Assembly: GCA_040285825.1 (NCBI GenBank)
Contig: JAUPSS010000012.1
Location: 124,001 to 188,000 of the forward strand
Direction: 5' to 3'
Origin: Eukaryota sp. TZLM1-RC
Taxonomy: Eukaryota; Protista; Metamonada: BaSk clade
Length of the DNA stretch: 64,000 nt
Every line of letters begins with the position of its first letter. Positions within the stretch are counted from its first letter, which is position 1. The notes beneath the pieces are model-generated. The model did not search any database and had not been told where the DNA came from. It saw only the letters and a list, made by a program, of their open reading frames with translations. Positions 21,532 to 34,439 of the stretch are shown here, piece by piece. The translations under genes were made by a program, and so were the position numbers.

Positions 21532-22566
21532 TTATTCCTCATCACCAATTCTTTTTGATTTTTCTGGTTGATCACCATGCTTTTTCCTTCTCTTTATACA
21601 TGATGAGATATCAGATCCTTCCTTAGCTTTTTTCCTCTCCTCTGAACTGAATCCAACAACTGTTTTGTTTAAATCCACAGTTTCTCTATCAAACTCAACC
21701 CCTGTAAGTTCTTTTAATTCACCTAATTTTTGCTGAATCAAACCAATAGTTTCATTAACCCTAGACTCATCATCCCTTGAAACTGTTAAAAGCTTCTCAT
21801 AAGCCCCAACAGCATTACCATATGCCTGCAGTGATTTGTCTACATTAGATTCACTAAACAATTCAAATAATAGTCCCTCAGTGTACCATATGGAAGCTTC
21901 CCTCTTCAGACACCATGAAAACAAATCTACATCCTTCTCCTCCTCAGCATGACTTTGAAGGTTCTTTGCATGACTAAGGGCCACTCTGACGTGACACAGA
22001 GCGGGCTGAAATAACTCTCGTTGTAGCTCAAACTCGGCAGATCGCAGATGGGAAAGCAAAAGCAGACGACAATGGGGGACACACGTGGAGCCAGGACAGT
22101 TGGTGTAGATAGCATGATCTTTAGCTTGGGGATCAAGCACGGCTTTGTGGAGGATGTGGATGGCGGTTTGGAGGTACTCCCAGGTGGCTTGACCAATCGG
22201 GACTTCCTCCTCCTCTTCTTCTTCCTCTTCTTCTTCCTCGGATTCAGGTTGGTCATCAAAACAGGTAGACTCAATTAGCACCTGTCTTGGTTTGACACCA
22301 GGAACTGGAGGTTCCTCATCAGAGGATTCTGCCTTATCTGTACCAAAAATACCTTCATTGAAGACTTCAGGGTCGGACTCTATGATACGAAGATTTATGT
22401 CCCCTGCAAGAAAGTATAAATGAGCACACTCTACTGCAAGATCCCCATATTTTTTGGTTGCTTGATCGAGAGCGTCGGTGGCTATCGAAAAGGCTTCTTC
22501 ATATTTACCACCATCACGCAGCTCTTCTGCCTTACGTTTGAGAGATTCGAGTTCTGGAGGAAGCAT
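21532..22566 (-). CDS. NASP/Sim3-like SHNi-TPR histone chaperone
   Basis: TPR helices with YGDLAVECAHLYFLAG, a poly-Glu insertion, ATWEYLQTA and a basic C-terminal NLS (KRRKK). Confidence 0.8.
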   Translation of the reverse strand: MLPPELESLKRKAEELRDGGKYEEAFSIATDALDQATKKYGDLAVECAHLYFLAGDINLRIIESDPEVFNEGIFGTDKAESSDEEPPVPGVKPRQVLIESTCFDDQPESEEEEEEEEEEEEVPIGQATWEYLQTAIHILHKAVLDPQAKDHAIYTNCPGSTCVPHCRLLLLSHLRSAEFELQRELFQPALCHVRVALSHAKNLQSHAEEEKDVDLFSWCLKREASIWYTEGLLFELFSESNVDKSLQAYGNAVGAYEKLLTVSRDDESRVNETIGLIQQKLGELKELTGVEFDRETVDLNKTVVGFSSEERKKAKEGSDISSCIKRRKKHGDQPEKSKRIGDEE

Positions 22567-22734
22567 GTTGAGAGATGGGAATGGTTGAATGGAGTTGAAA
22601 ACAAATTGGTTGATAATATTCTATCCTTTTCAAAAAAATCCTTTTTTAATCATTGTCTATTCAATTATGCACCACTACTTTGATTTTTTTATTCATTTCT
22701 TATCACATCATTGATTGAACATTAGTAGTAGTAA

Positions 22735-25700
22735 AAGCAAAAACGATTTTATTGCCCTTTCAGTATGGAATTAATACCACTGATGGTGTTTCTTCAGTAA
22801 TATTTGCTACAGATGTATTATTTCGTCAAAATGCGTCCATTGTGTGTATGTCGTTGGATTTTAGCAATGCATTCAATTCAATCAGTCGCTGCAGTATTTA
22901 AGGTGCTTTGTTATAATATTTCCCGGAATTAATGCCTTATTTGCAATCAACATATTGCACAAATTCTGATTTGCACTTTGGTAATTCCATTTTGAGTTCA
23001 TCAAGTGGTGTAAAGCGAGGAGATCCTTTAGGACCTCTTTTGCTTTGTTTGGCCATTCATCCTAATTTAATTACACATTCGAGAGATGTTTTCTTTGCTT
23101 AACTTGATTGCATATATGGATGATGTTGTTTTTTCAGGTGATTTAAAGATTGTGAAAAAAGCAAATGTATGTTTCAAAGAATTATTTAACAAAATTGGCC
23201 TCCAACTTAATTTACTGAAATGTGTTTTACTTTCGAATTCTCCAGTTTCTACAATAGTTGATGGCATTGAAATTCAAGCCAAATTATATTCAAGTGATAC
23301 TATTCCTCATTTGGATTCGTTTTAAGGAAATAATGATGACATTACCACAGAATTGTTTGAAAAGTTGAACTCAATTCTTTAAAAAATTGACCGAATGATG
23401 ATTTTAGATATACAAAAACATATTAAATTCACCATTATAAAACTGTGTTATAATCATAAATTTCGATCCACAAATCCTCTTATCACTAGGCATGTGGCCC
23501 AGAAGTATAATGAATTACGTGCAAAGGTTCTGTCTCAATTACTGGGATGTAAAATGTTCCAAATTCCAAATCATGCTTATCTTAGTCCACATTATGGCGG
23601 TTTAGGTTGGATGAAGGCTTCTATTCTTACTTCGTGTGCTTTTATTGGTGGATGCAGAAATGCAATCTTTGAGTTTTCCGAAAGATTTGCTGATTGGGAA
23701 GATTTATTAATGACAACGCAGAGCTGTTTTTGCATTAAATAAAGAAATTTCAAAAATTGATGTAGAAAAATGGAGTCAATGCTTTTCCCAATCATTCAAT
23801 GGCAATATTCCAGTAAAGAATCGTTTTAAATTTAAAATACAATCTTCGAACATTACAGAAACCATTGACTGGAATGTATGAAAATGATCTTTATAATAAT
23901 ATATGCAGCTCGGCTGTTTTAAATCAAGTTCTTCACTCATTGTTATTGGAAAAGGGTGTTAGTCCTTAGTCCACATTATGGTGGTTTAGGGTGGACGAAG
24001 GCTTCTATTCTTACCTCGTGTGCTTTTGTTGGTGGATGCAGAAATGCAATCTTTGAGTTTTCCGAAAGATTTGCAGATTGGGAAGATTTATTGATGACAA
24101 CGCAAAGTTCCACTGTTTTTGCATTAAATGAAGAAATTTCAAGAATTGATGTAGAAAAATGGGGTCGATGTTTTCCCCAATCATTCAATGGCAATATTCC
24201 AGAAAAAAATGTTTTAAATTTGAAGTACACTCTTCGAACATTACAGAAAAGATTGACTGGAATGTATGAAAAAGATCTTTATAATAATATTTGCAGCTCG
24301 GCTGTTTTAAATCAAGATCTTCACTCATTGTTATTGGAAAAGGGTGTTTGTGAAAACAAGGCGTCAGATTCTTCACTTTTTGTAACCATTGTACCACGAA
24401 GATTTGGATTGTGTGCCACTAATGAAGCATTTGTAACAAAAATGAGATTATATTTGAACATCCCCATTAACCAATTATTATCAAAAGAAAAATGTATTTG
24501 TTCGAATTCACCTCAACTCACTTTGCGCCATGCTCTAAATTGCTCTAAATTGATAACTTATCGTTCTTCATTACATGATGCTGCTAGAGACACTGTTTTC
24601 AATATGGCACAAACTGCAAGGATATCGTGTATCAAAGAGCCCCTGCTGAAAGAAACACTTTCTCTGAATAATTTTGGTTCTGATGATAGAGGTGTTGTAT
24701 ACTGTGATTGGATTGATAATTCTGAAGCTATTGTTGACTTTGTCTCATGTAATGTTGCAAACGATACTTTGGTTCACAGAAGAAAACTTAATCCTGTGGC
24801 TGCTCTGGATTTTAAAGCAAAAGAAAAACATAGAAAATATGATAAAGAATTTGAAGATGCAAATGTCGATAGAAATACACAGCTGGTTTTTATTGCTTTC
24901 CCATTTTCGATAAATGGAAGATTATCAGTTGAAGCAGAAACTTTCTTGGATGACTTCCAAAAAATGGTGAAAGAAAAAACAATGAAAAGACTTGATATTT
25001 TTTTATGGCGTTCACGGATTCAATTTGCCATTATTAATAGATTACCGCGGTTTTTCAATCGAATTAGAGAAGCTTTAGCTAGACAGCAAGCAAATCAAGA
25101 TTTTGTAGAGGAAATCTTGGTTTAATGATAGTCGTCCCATTAGTTATGATTTAATTTAATCAAGTGTGCAAATTCAATAAATAAAACATTTTTTAAAAAG
25201 GGTGTTTGTGAAAACAAGTCATCAAATTCTTCACTTTTTGTAACCATTTTAACACGAAGATTTGGACTGTATGCTACTGATGAAACAGTTGTAACAAAAA
25301 TGAGATTATATTTGAATATCACTATTAATCACCTCGGTTCACTTTGCGACATACTCTGAATTGTTCGAATTTGATAACTTATCGTTCTTCATGACATGAT
25401 GCTGTTAGGAACACTGTTATCAATATGGCACAAACTGAATGAATATCGTGTATCAAAGAGTTTCTGCTGAAGGAAACACTGTCTCTGAATAATTTTGGAT
25501 CTGATGATAGAGGTGATGTATATTGTGAGTTGATTGATAACTCTGAAGCTATTGTTGACTTTGTCTCCTGTAATGTTGCAAATGGCACTTTGGTTCAAAG
25601 AAGAAAATTTAATTCTGTAAGTGCTCTTGAATTCAAGGGTAATGAAGAACACAGAAAATGTGACAAAGATATCGAAGAACCTAATCCTGGCAGAAATACA

Positions 25701-26000
25701 CCACTAGTTTTTATTGCTTTCCCCCTTTCGATAAGCGGAAGATTATCAGTAGAACCAAAACCTTTTTTGAATGACTTCCAAAAAATAGTTCAAGAAAAAA
25801 CAATGCAACGCTTTGATATCTTTTTATGACGCTCTCGGATTCAATTTGCCATTACTAATAGATTACCTCGGTTTTTCAATCGAATTAGAGAAGCTTTAGA
25901 GACAAAAAGCCGATCAAGATTTTGTAGAACAAATCTTGGCTCAATGATTTTCGTCCCATTAGTTATAAGTTTATTTTGTTAAGTGTGCATGTTCAATAAA
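22735..26000 (+). mobile_element. Older degenerate CRE-like family A copy, split by a younger copy
   Basis: RT fragments (YMDD near 23113-23124) and nuclease fragments with many stops; sequence is continuous once 23961-25195 and one TSD are removed. Confidence 0.88.
23961..25195 (+). mobile_element. Young 5'-truncated CRE-like family A insertion
   Basis: Open 389-aa frame (zinc motif, RLE domain); 11-bp TSD AAAAGGGTGTT (23950-23960, 25196-25206). Confidence 0.92.
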
Positions 26001-26531
26001 CATAACTTTAATAGTTTAATTGATTGATTTAAATTAATTAATTGGAATTAAATATGTGATCATGTTACCAATGGCTGCGTCAGGTGATAATGGGAGTTGA
26101 AATATTTTTTATATGAAACCAATTTCCATTCTCTACAGAATTGTTTACATGTTTGAGTTAACACGACTGCAAAAACAGCGTCTGTTACAACTTTCTGACA
26201 CGGAATGCTGTATTACGCAGATTGTCTTGTGTCAGACTGTGAAGGATTCACGTTCATCCAAGACGACGAAAATGTGTCAACTTTTATGGTGGCTATATCC
26301 ATAGATATTACAAACAACAAACTCATTAACAACTTAATACAAGACAACTTGTTAAGTTGTGAATTTCGTGGACAATAAATTTTGATTTGTCTCCAAAGTG
26401 TCCAGAAACGAAAAAGGTCTCTTGGTCGTTATTTCAATTACATTCTCATCACAACAAAGTTCTCTAAATATTAATTGTTAGATTTAATCAAACCTAATAA
26501 CTTATTGAACTTGAGTTAATCAATTATTATT

Positions 26532-27760
26532 ATATTTATTGAATTTGCACACTTGATTAAATTAAATCATAACTAATGGGACGACTATCATTAAACCAAG
26601 ATTTCCTCTACAAAATCTTGATTTGCTTGCTGTCTAGCTAAAGCTTCTCTAATTCGATTGAAAAACCGCGGTAATCTATTAATAATGGCAAATTGAATCC
26701 GTGAACGCCATAAAAAAATATCAAATCTTTTCATTGTTTTTTCTTTCACCATTTTTTGGAAGTCATCCAAAAAAGTTTCTGCTTCAACTGATAATCTTCC
26801 ATTTATCGAAAATGGGAAAGCAATAAAAACCAGCTGTGTATTTCTATCGACATTTGCATCTTCAATTTCTTTATCATATTTTCTATGTTTTTCTTTTGCT
26901 TTAAAAATCCAGAGCAGCCACAGGATTAAGTTTTCTTCTGTGAACCAAAGTATCGTTTGCAACATTACATGAGACAAAAGTCAACAATAGCTTCAGAATT
27001 ATCAATCCAATCACAGTATACATCACCTCTATCATCAGAACCAAAATTATTCAGAGAAAGTGTTTCCTTCAGCAGGGGCTCTTTGATACACGATATCCTT
27101 GCAGTTTGTGCCATATTGAAAACAGTGTCTCTAACAGCATCATGTAATGAAGAACGATAAGTTATCAATTTAGAGCAATTTAGAGCATGGCGCAAAGTGA
27201 GTTGAGGTGAATTCGAACAAATACATTTTTCTTTTGATAATAATTGGTTAATGGGGATGTTCAAATATAATCTCATTTTTGTTACAAATGCTTCACTAGT
27301 GGCACACAATCCAAATCTTCGTGGTACAATGGTTACAAAAAGTGAAGAATCTGACGCCTTGTTTTCACAAACACCCTTTTCCAATAACAATGAGTGAAGA
27401 TCTTGATTTAAAACAGCCGAGCTGCAAATATTATTATAAAGATCTTTTTCATACATTCCAGTCAATCTTTTCTGTAATGTTCGAAGAGTGTACTTCAAAT
27501 TTAAAACATTTTTTTCTGGAATATTGCCATTGAATGATTGGGGAAAACATCGACCCCATTTTTCTACATCAATTCTTGAAATTTCTTCATTTAATGCAAA
27601 AACAGTGGAACTTTGCGTTGTCATCAATAAATCTTCCCAATCTGCAAATCTTTCGGAAAACTCAAAGATTGCATTTCTGCATCCACCAACAAAAGCACAC
27701 GAGGTAAGAATAGAAGCCTTCGTCCACCCCAAACCACCATAATGTGGACTAAATGTGGTT
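26532..27760 (-). mobile_element. Young 5'-truncated CRE-like family A insertion upstream of catalase
   Basis: Near-identical to 23961-25195; 12-bp TSD TCAATTATTATT (26520-26531, 27761-27772). Confidence 0.92.
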
Positions 27761-27866
27761 TCAATTATTATTGAAACAAATTCAACAAATTCTGTAGACC
27801 CCACTGTAGACCCCCTCATTGAACCAGAGAAAGCATGATGATTAACAATATTCATCTCACAACTCA

Positions 27867-29504
27867 ATGTACGCTCCAACAGATGTCGCTGCAAGACTTA
27901 CTGGTTTCAGTGCTTCCAAGCCCAATGAATCTGAACGTGTAACAGATTCTTTTGGCCATGTTCTACCATCCACAACTCACCATCTTAATGTGGCAAACAT
28001 GCCACTCGCAGCTGATGTTCACCTCTTTGAGAAACAACAAGCTTTCAATCGTATGTGACAACTCACAACTGGCTCACCACATGTGCAAAAACAACTGAAC
28101 GAATGGTTCATCCTTGTGGAAGTGGCGCTTTTGGATACTTTGAGGTTGAACGTGATGTCACAAGCCTTTGTAAAGCTGACTTTTTATCTTCCATTGGCAA
28201 AAGAACTCCAGTTTGTTTAATATCATAATCTTATTACAGATCTTCACTCGATTCAGCACCACTACCTATGGTCGTGAATTTCCTGACTCTGCACGTAATG
28301 TAAGAGGATTTGCAATCAAGTTCTATACTGAAGAGGGCAATTATGACATCTTGGGTCTCAATTGTATGTGCTTCTTCCATCACTCACCACATGGCCAGTG
28401 TTTTTTGTTCGCAACCCAATGAAAGGACCTGATCTCATCAGAAGTCAACAAAGAAACCCTCAATCCGGATTACTTGACTATGAAGCTTTGTTTAGCTATC
28501 TTGCCGAAAACCCTGAAGCATTACATGCAGGCACAATGCACTTCTCGGATAGAGGTACACCTAAAGGATGGCGGTTCATGGATGGCTTTGGTTGCCATAC
28601 ATTCAAATGGGTGAACTCAAAGGGTGATCAGATCTACATCAAGTACCACTTCCTCTGTGAAGCAGGCAAGCAAGAGTTCACTGATGAAGAGGCTCAGCAA
28701 ATGTGTGGTCAAGATCCAGACTATTCTAAACGGGATTTATTCAATCATATCCAACAAGGTAGGTAAAAACTAAAAAAAAACGATCTAACTTCAGGTGGTG
28801 AGTGTACATGGAAGATTGCTGTCCAAATGATGACCCCTGATCAAGCAAACAGGGCTGACTTTGACCCATTTGATGTTACCAAAGTCTGGCCCCATGCTGA
28901 TTTCCCTCTTCAGCAGTTTGGAAAACTTGTGCTCAACCGTAATCCTGAAAACTTCCATCGTGACGTTGAACAAGCTGCCTTCAATCCTGGGAATCTTGTA
29001 CCGGGAATCGAACCCTCTCCTGACGCCTTGCTTCAATGGAGGATGATGTTCTACCGTGACGCTCAGTACCACAGACTAGGTGTTAACCACCACCAACTAC
29101 CAGTTAACTGTCCTTTCATGGCTCGTTATCAGAATCCACAAACCAGAGATGGACAACAACGATTGGACAGCAATGGAGTTGGTCACCCTTCTGTTATTTG
29201 TTCTTCCAAGAATGAAGGCAAAGTTGATTCATCCGTAGATTTTCACCCATTCATGATTAGAGAGGCTACTGTTGACAGAGAGTCTGCATATCGTCATGAA
29301 GGGTCAGATTCTGACTATGACCAGGTGAGAGAACTTGTGGAAAGAGTTCTCAACCAGCAGAAGAGGGAAAATCTCTACAAAAACACAGCAAAGTATTTGA
29401 GATTGTGCTCATTGGATACTCAAAGCAAGTATTTATCTCAGTTAAGCAAAATCTCTACTGGATATGCTGATGGCGTCAAAAGATGGTTAGAGAAGGCCAA
29501 GTGA
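27867..29504 (+). CDS. cat: Heme catalase (about 503 aa; introns 28051-28082, 28211-28239, 28364-28392, 28759-28794)
   Basis: Spliced frame gives [24 protein letters not shown] (distal His), [34 protein letters not shown], and [14 protein letters not shown] (proximal Tyr). Exon lengths sum to 1512 nt. Confidence 0.93.
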
Positions 29505-30155
29505 GTTTGTATAGGCTGAACTGTTGTAAAATCTTTTGTAATGATCAGATTGTGTTTCTAAACTTTACACTAAAAGAGAACAAAAAAGTTTCAAATTTCA
29601 GGAATCAACAGGTGACAGCATCATTTTTCTTCTAAGTTTGGTAATCCCATGTGGTCTAAACCATTGAATCAACCATTATCAAAGAAGGAGTGAGCTTTGG
29701 TTCAACAACATTTTAATGATTTAGTTCATGCAAGAAGACAACGTTTGCAACTCACCATTTTGAACTCTTGCGATCATTGATTAGAAGTCAAAGTCAACTT
29801 CTTAGGGTTTGAGTAAATTGTTTTTCACAATTTCTGTAATTTGTTTGGCTATTTCTCGATTTCACCACATTGAAATTATTCCATGCCAGTGCTTCTTCTA
29901 AAAAAGGGTCAATTGAAACAGGACTATCTTGAGAAGGACATCCCGTAGGTGGACGTGTTGAGAAATCGAATCAAACAAATCAAAGGGAAGTTGAAAACTA
30001 TAGAGATGTAGGTGGATTCTGTATCAAATGGGTTACAGACAGTTCAACATACCATATATATTTCGTCTTAATGGCTGCAAGTTCATTAAATAGGATACCT
30101 GAATTAAAGTCTGTCGATTCATGAGGTCAATCCTATTTAAATCATTTTTCCCAAA

Positions 30156-31010
30156 ATGACTACCATTCGTATCATTTATCAACAAAAACAACATACAATT
30201 ACCCTCTCTCCAAATGCATCAGTACATGATCTGCAGACAAAGGTAGAACAAGTAACAGCAGTCCCTCCACCCGACCAACACTTCCTCACAGGATTTCCAC
30301 CTTCACCCCTGGATTTATCAGCAATACATTCTATATCCTCTCTCAACCGATCAACTCTTCACCTGAGACACTCTTCCGGATCATCCCCTCCACCCTCATC
30401 TTCCCAGCCCCTCATGGCCCATCGCGTACTGATAGAAGCTGATAACAGCTGCCTCTTCAATGCTGTGTCTTTTCTCCATGAGGGCTTAACAACTGGGAAG
30501 TCCGATCAGTACAGATCTTTAGTTTTGGACTACATACTTGAGAATTCCGACGACTTTTCCGAAGCTGTTCTTGAGCGACCTGTTCAGGATTACATACAAG
30601 CTCTACTAGACCCTGCATCATGGGGTGGTTACATAGAATTGGTTGCTCTGTCCAACGTTTTGGGCATTGAGATCGTATCTGTGGACGTTGAACATTTGAA
30701 TTTTCTTCGCTATTCGCCAAAAACAAAAGCCTCAAGGAAAGGCTTTGTTATATTCAGTGGTATTCATTACGATGCAGTCGAAATTGAGAGAGGTGGAAGC
30801 AGAGAGCGTTTAGTGGAAGTGGAGGATGAAGAAGTGGAGGTAGCGGTGATGGAGCTGGCCAAAGAGCTGAATATGCGACACGATTTTATTAATGTCAATA
30901 AGTTTTCTTTGAAGTGTAGTGTTTGTTTCAAGGGTTTAGTAGGGCAGAGGGATGCAGTAGATCATGCTAGGGAAACTGGACATTCTGATTTTCAAGAGTT
31001 TAAAAAATAA
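30156..31010 (+). CDS. OTU1: Otu1/YOD1 deubiquitinase
   Basis: N-terminal ubiquitin-like domain (GFPP), OTU motifs ADNSCLF, WGGYIEL and SGIHYD, C-terminal C2H2 finger ending HARETGHSDFQE. Confidence 0.93.
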   Translation: MTTIRIIYQQKQHTITLSPNASVHDLQTKVEQVTAVPPPDQHFLTGFPPSPLDLSAIHSISSLNRSTLHLRHSSGSSPPPSSSQPLMAHRVLIEADNSCLFNAVSFLHEGLTTGKSDQYRSLVLDYILENSDDFSEAVLERPVQDYIQALLDPASWGGYIELVALSNVLGIEIVSVDVEHLNFLRYSPKTKASRKGFVIFSGIHYDAVEIERGGSRERLVEVEDEEVEVAVMELAKELNMRHDFINVNKFSLKCSVCFKGLVGQRDAVDHARETGHSDFQEFKK

Positions 31011-31407
31011 TAAAGAATAATGATTTTTGTGGTAATGGAAGCTCTACATTGCCCCCTAGGGTTAGAGTTAGTTAGGGTTAGCTAGGGTGTACTCAAGTGT
31101 GAAAATCATTCCATTATTTTTTTGATTATGATCAAACAAAAAATGTAACTTTTTAGGGAAATTGTTCTACGAACACTCACATTTACACCACTACAATCAA
31201 TTATTCATAATTAATTAATTATTGAGATGAGTTTGAGTTCGAGTTGAGAAAATCCAAACAAGCTTATTATCAAATACTTTGTATTTATTATCCACAAACA
31301 CCAAACATTATTAAAGTTTCAGTGAAATTAATAAACTTCACACTAATTGAAGACCAATCAATGTGGTCCAGCGACTTAATTCCAAAACAAAAAATTAAAT
31401 GAACACA

Positions 31408-31981
31408 CTATTGAAAACTGTAATAAGCCTTGTTGTGCACTATAAGCTCATCTTCCACAAAGTAAAAAGTATCACTAACAGTTTCGAAAGGGTGCTCAAT
31501 CATCTTTTGCTTTTCTTTTTTGGACAACTGAGGCATAACGTAGATCGATTCCCATGAATTAGTTGAATTGGGGATGACAAAGCCAAATTCAAAATCAAAA
31601 GACTTAATTAGCTTATCTTTATAGTAGAACCGTTCGATTAATCTGTGGTGAGGGCCGCTTTGATTGTTGATACCTTAGTTTAGGGATGGGACGATCTCCT
31701 ACAGAAAAGGTAAGGCTTGTACCTACTGTGGAAAGGTCCAAAAAGGCCGTTGGAAATTGATAACGCACAGTTCTTTGTTCTGGATCTGAAGGGTCCATAG
31801 ACATTGTTCCTACCATTTGAGTGGAATCCTGGTCCTGAGATATATGAAAAAGGACTGTTTTGGACTCGGGATCTCTGACACGAAATGAAGTAAATTGTAT
31901 GTTATAAGTGTTAGCTGTAGGAGGACAAAGAAAACCTTGTTGAGGACGTTTGCTATTCAGTATGTCATTTGGAGAGACCAT
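31408..31981 (-). CDS. UNC119: Unc119 lipidated-cargo carrier (about 180 aa; intron 31643-31673)
   Basis: FLCPPTANTYNIQFTSFRVRD, RTVRYQF, FSVGDRPI; after a 31-nt GT-AG intron, LIERFYYKDKLIKSFDFEFGFVIPNSTNSWESIY...HNKAYYSFQ*. Confidence 0.92.
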
Positions 31982-32059
31982 TCTGATAGATAATGGCTGC
32001 AGCAAATAATATAATGTACTTTGAGATTTGAAATTAGGGAATTGAATTGCTGCCTCAAC

Positions 32060-34200
32060 AATTAGTTGTTTGTCATTAACGAATTTACATTTTCTCAATC
32101 CAACGTTGACTCTTCCACTGCTTGCGCATTGCCCTCTGTATTCTGTCAAAGAATTGTTGGAGGTTTGATCCTATTATGATTATGTCATCAATGTAAATGA
32201 ATACACCTTCTATTCGAAAAATGTCCATCATTACATTTTGAAAAATTGCTGGGATATTCTTTAATCCGAAACATGCCTTTTTAAATATAATAGATCTGCC
32301 AAGAATAGAGATAGATGTCTTTTCAATATCTTCGTCAGCCACTTTCATTTGCCAGAAAGCTTTTGGAAGATCCAAAGTGGCAATAAAATCCTCCTGATGC
32401 TTTTAAGTTCTTTGGTTGTTGGTTAGGAAACGTGCCTCAAATTCAGAATGAATTGCAAGTTATTTTGGAAAAAATGAAAATTGAACTTGATTCAATTTCT
32501 TCTTTAGATCTAGAAAAACATATTAAATTTTTCATGCTTAAAATTTGCTACACTGGGAGAATAACCCACATTTTGAGATCTTGTGCTCCTTCCATAGCAT
32601 TAGATTTTTGTCGTTCATTTAATTCATTGAGAACAGAATTTTTTGCTGATTTATTGGATGTAGAACCAGGAATGTTGAAAAGTCACTTATTTTCTTCAGC
32701 AAATTTGGGTGGTATTGGATTTACTAAATCTTCAATTTTGTGTCAATCAGCATTCTTGGGTGGTGGCAAAAATTTTATTTATGAATTTTCTCGTAGATTT
32801 CCTGATGATTCTCATCTGTTAGTTCCCAATTGCAGTCCTTATTTGTATGAGTTATCTTGTGAACTTGAAAAATTGCCGCCACAAATTTGGACCAAATGTT
32901 TTCCTCAATCAATTCAAGAAACTCCAAACCGATCTCTTTTTAATTTACAGTTTTGCTGTAAAAAGCTTCAACAAAAATTGTCAAAGATTTTTGAAAGCTT
33001 GGATTTTGATGTTAGACTTGGCTTGGCCAAGAAAAAGAATCCCGCTTTTGCAAATCTTTTACAAGATATGTGTGACAGTACTTCTTCTGCCTTAGTAACA
33101 ACAATTCCACAAGTTTATGGTACTCTCTTATCCGATTCTGCTTGGACTCTGAATATGAGATTTCGTTCCTTTATCTGGCCTGATAATTTACCTCATAATT
33201 TAATTTGTAAATGTTCTCAAGAAAATACAACTACTCATTTGTTAAATTGTAAACATTTTATTACTTTTAGAAGCAAGGTTCATGATGCTGTAAGAGACCA
33301 GTTATATTGTATGTGTAAATCTCATAGAATTGAATCCTTCTTGGAACCTTTGTTGTCAAATCTGTTTGATGCTGAAAATGATTTTCATAAGAATGATAGA
33401 GGTGATGTCATATTACCTGGATTAGATGGAAGCTTCATTTTATTGGATGTAATGTCTGTTGATCCTTGTAATGCCTCAAATGAAAGGCTTGTTAATTCTG
33501 AAATTCATAATCCCCTTTCAAATGCTGAAAATTTTAAATTCAAAAATACAATGAACCTTTGTCCAAATTGGCCAGTCTACAGCATGCAAAATACAATTTG
33601 TATCCATTTGTATTTTCCCTTTTGGTTCACTTGCACCAACTGCTTTACGTTTTTGGATGATTTTGAAATGATTGTAAAGAGAAGAACTGGCAGAAATTTC
33701 AACAGATTGTTTTGGCAAAAATAGAATTGTGTTTTCTATTTTTAAGGGGATGTTGAAGATGGTTTTTGATGCTTTGCTTTCTCTTGGATCTCACTATGAG
33801 AGAGTTGCATCTAGTGTTTTTGTTTTGGGAGAGATGGATTTTTTAGATGTTGATTTATAGGTTTTGAATAAAATTAAAATTTTGGTAAAAAAAATCCTCC
33901 TCACTTAAAAATTCTAAAACATCTGAATTTAATGGTGAGTTAGACTAGACCGGAATTGTATGAGCGTTAACTCCATCTTTACCACTGAAGTCGCCCATCA
34001 ACCTAGGTTTTCGACCATCAGGGTATATAACTAATTCTATTGGGGAACTAAACTTGGAGTTTGCTTCACTTGCATAGCCCATTTCAATCAATTCATCAAA
34101 TATCTGATTGACCATTTGTAATTTCTTTGGGTTGAGACCCTGTGCTGGTTTGTGTACAATTGTATTAGTATTGTAGAAGGGGATTGTCATGGGTGGACAA
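32060..34200 (-). pseudogene. Ty3/Gypsy-like reverse transcriptase remnant, interrupted by a non-LTR insertion
   Basis: SKFSSPI...KPRLMGDF (33945-34190) joins DVLEFLSEEDFIATLDLPKAFWQ...FGLKNIPAIFQ...YIDDII once 32396-33890 and one TSD are removed. Confidence 0.82.
32396..33890 (+). mobile_element. 5'-truncated CRE-like retrotransposon, family C
   Basis: GGIG, CKC...HLLNC, HDAVRD, EPLL, RGDVILPG motifs; 11-bp TSD AAAATCCTCCT (32385-32395, 33891-33901). Confidence 0.9.
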
Positions 34201-34439
34201 TCGATTCCGATTAATCAGACAAACTTTTTTTTCTCACTATCATCCAAATTAATCGTTAAATTATCAGTCTTCCTGTTCCTCCCTCTAACATGGAAAACTT
34301 TGTCCCTCTTTCTCCTCCCCCTGGTTCTGAAGAGGAAGTTCCTGTAACGCTCGAAAAGAAGAAAGGGCAGTGTTAGCCTTGTTAACCTTTTAATCAATTG
34401 TTGATAGATTTTATTTCAACAGAAGTCAATCAATGAGGA

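Noticed and set aside
26965-27894. Host-retroelement fusion protein (MQRHLL...)
   Set aside because: Chance antisense read-through across the catalase 5' region and TSD into a truncated element.
31982-32149. N-terminal extension of Unc119
   Set aside because: It is the frameshifted tail of the Gypsy-like RT remnant; homology starts at MVSPND (31981).
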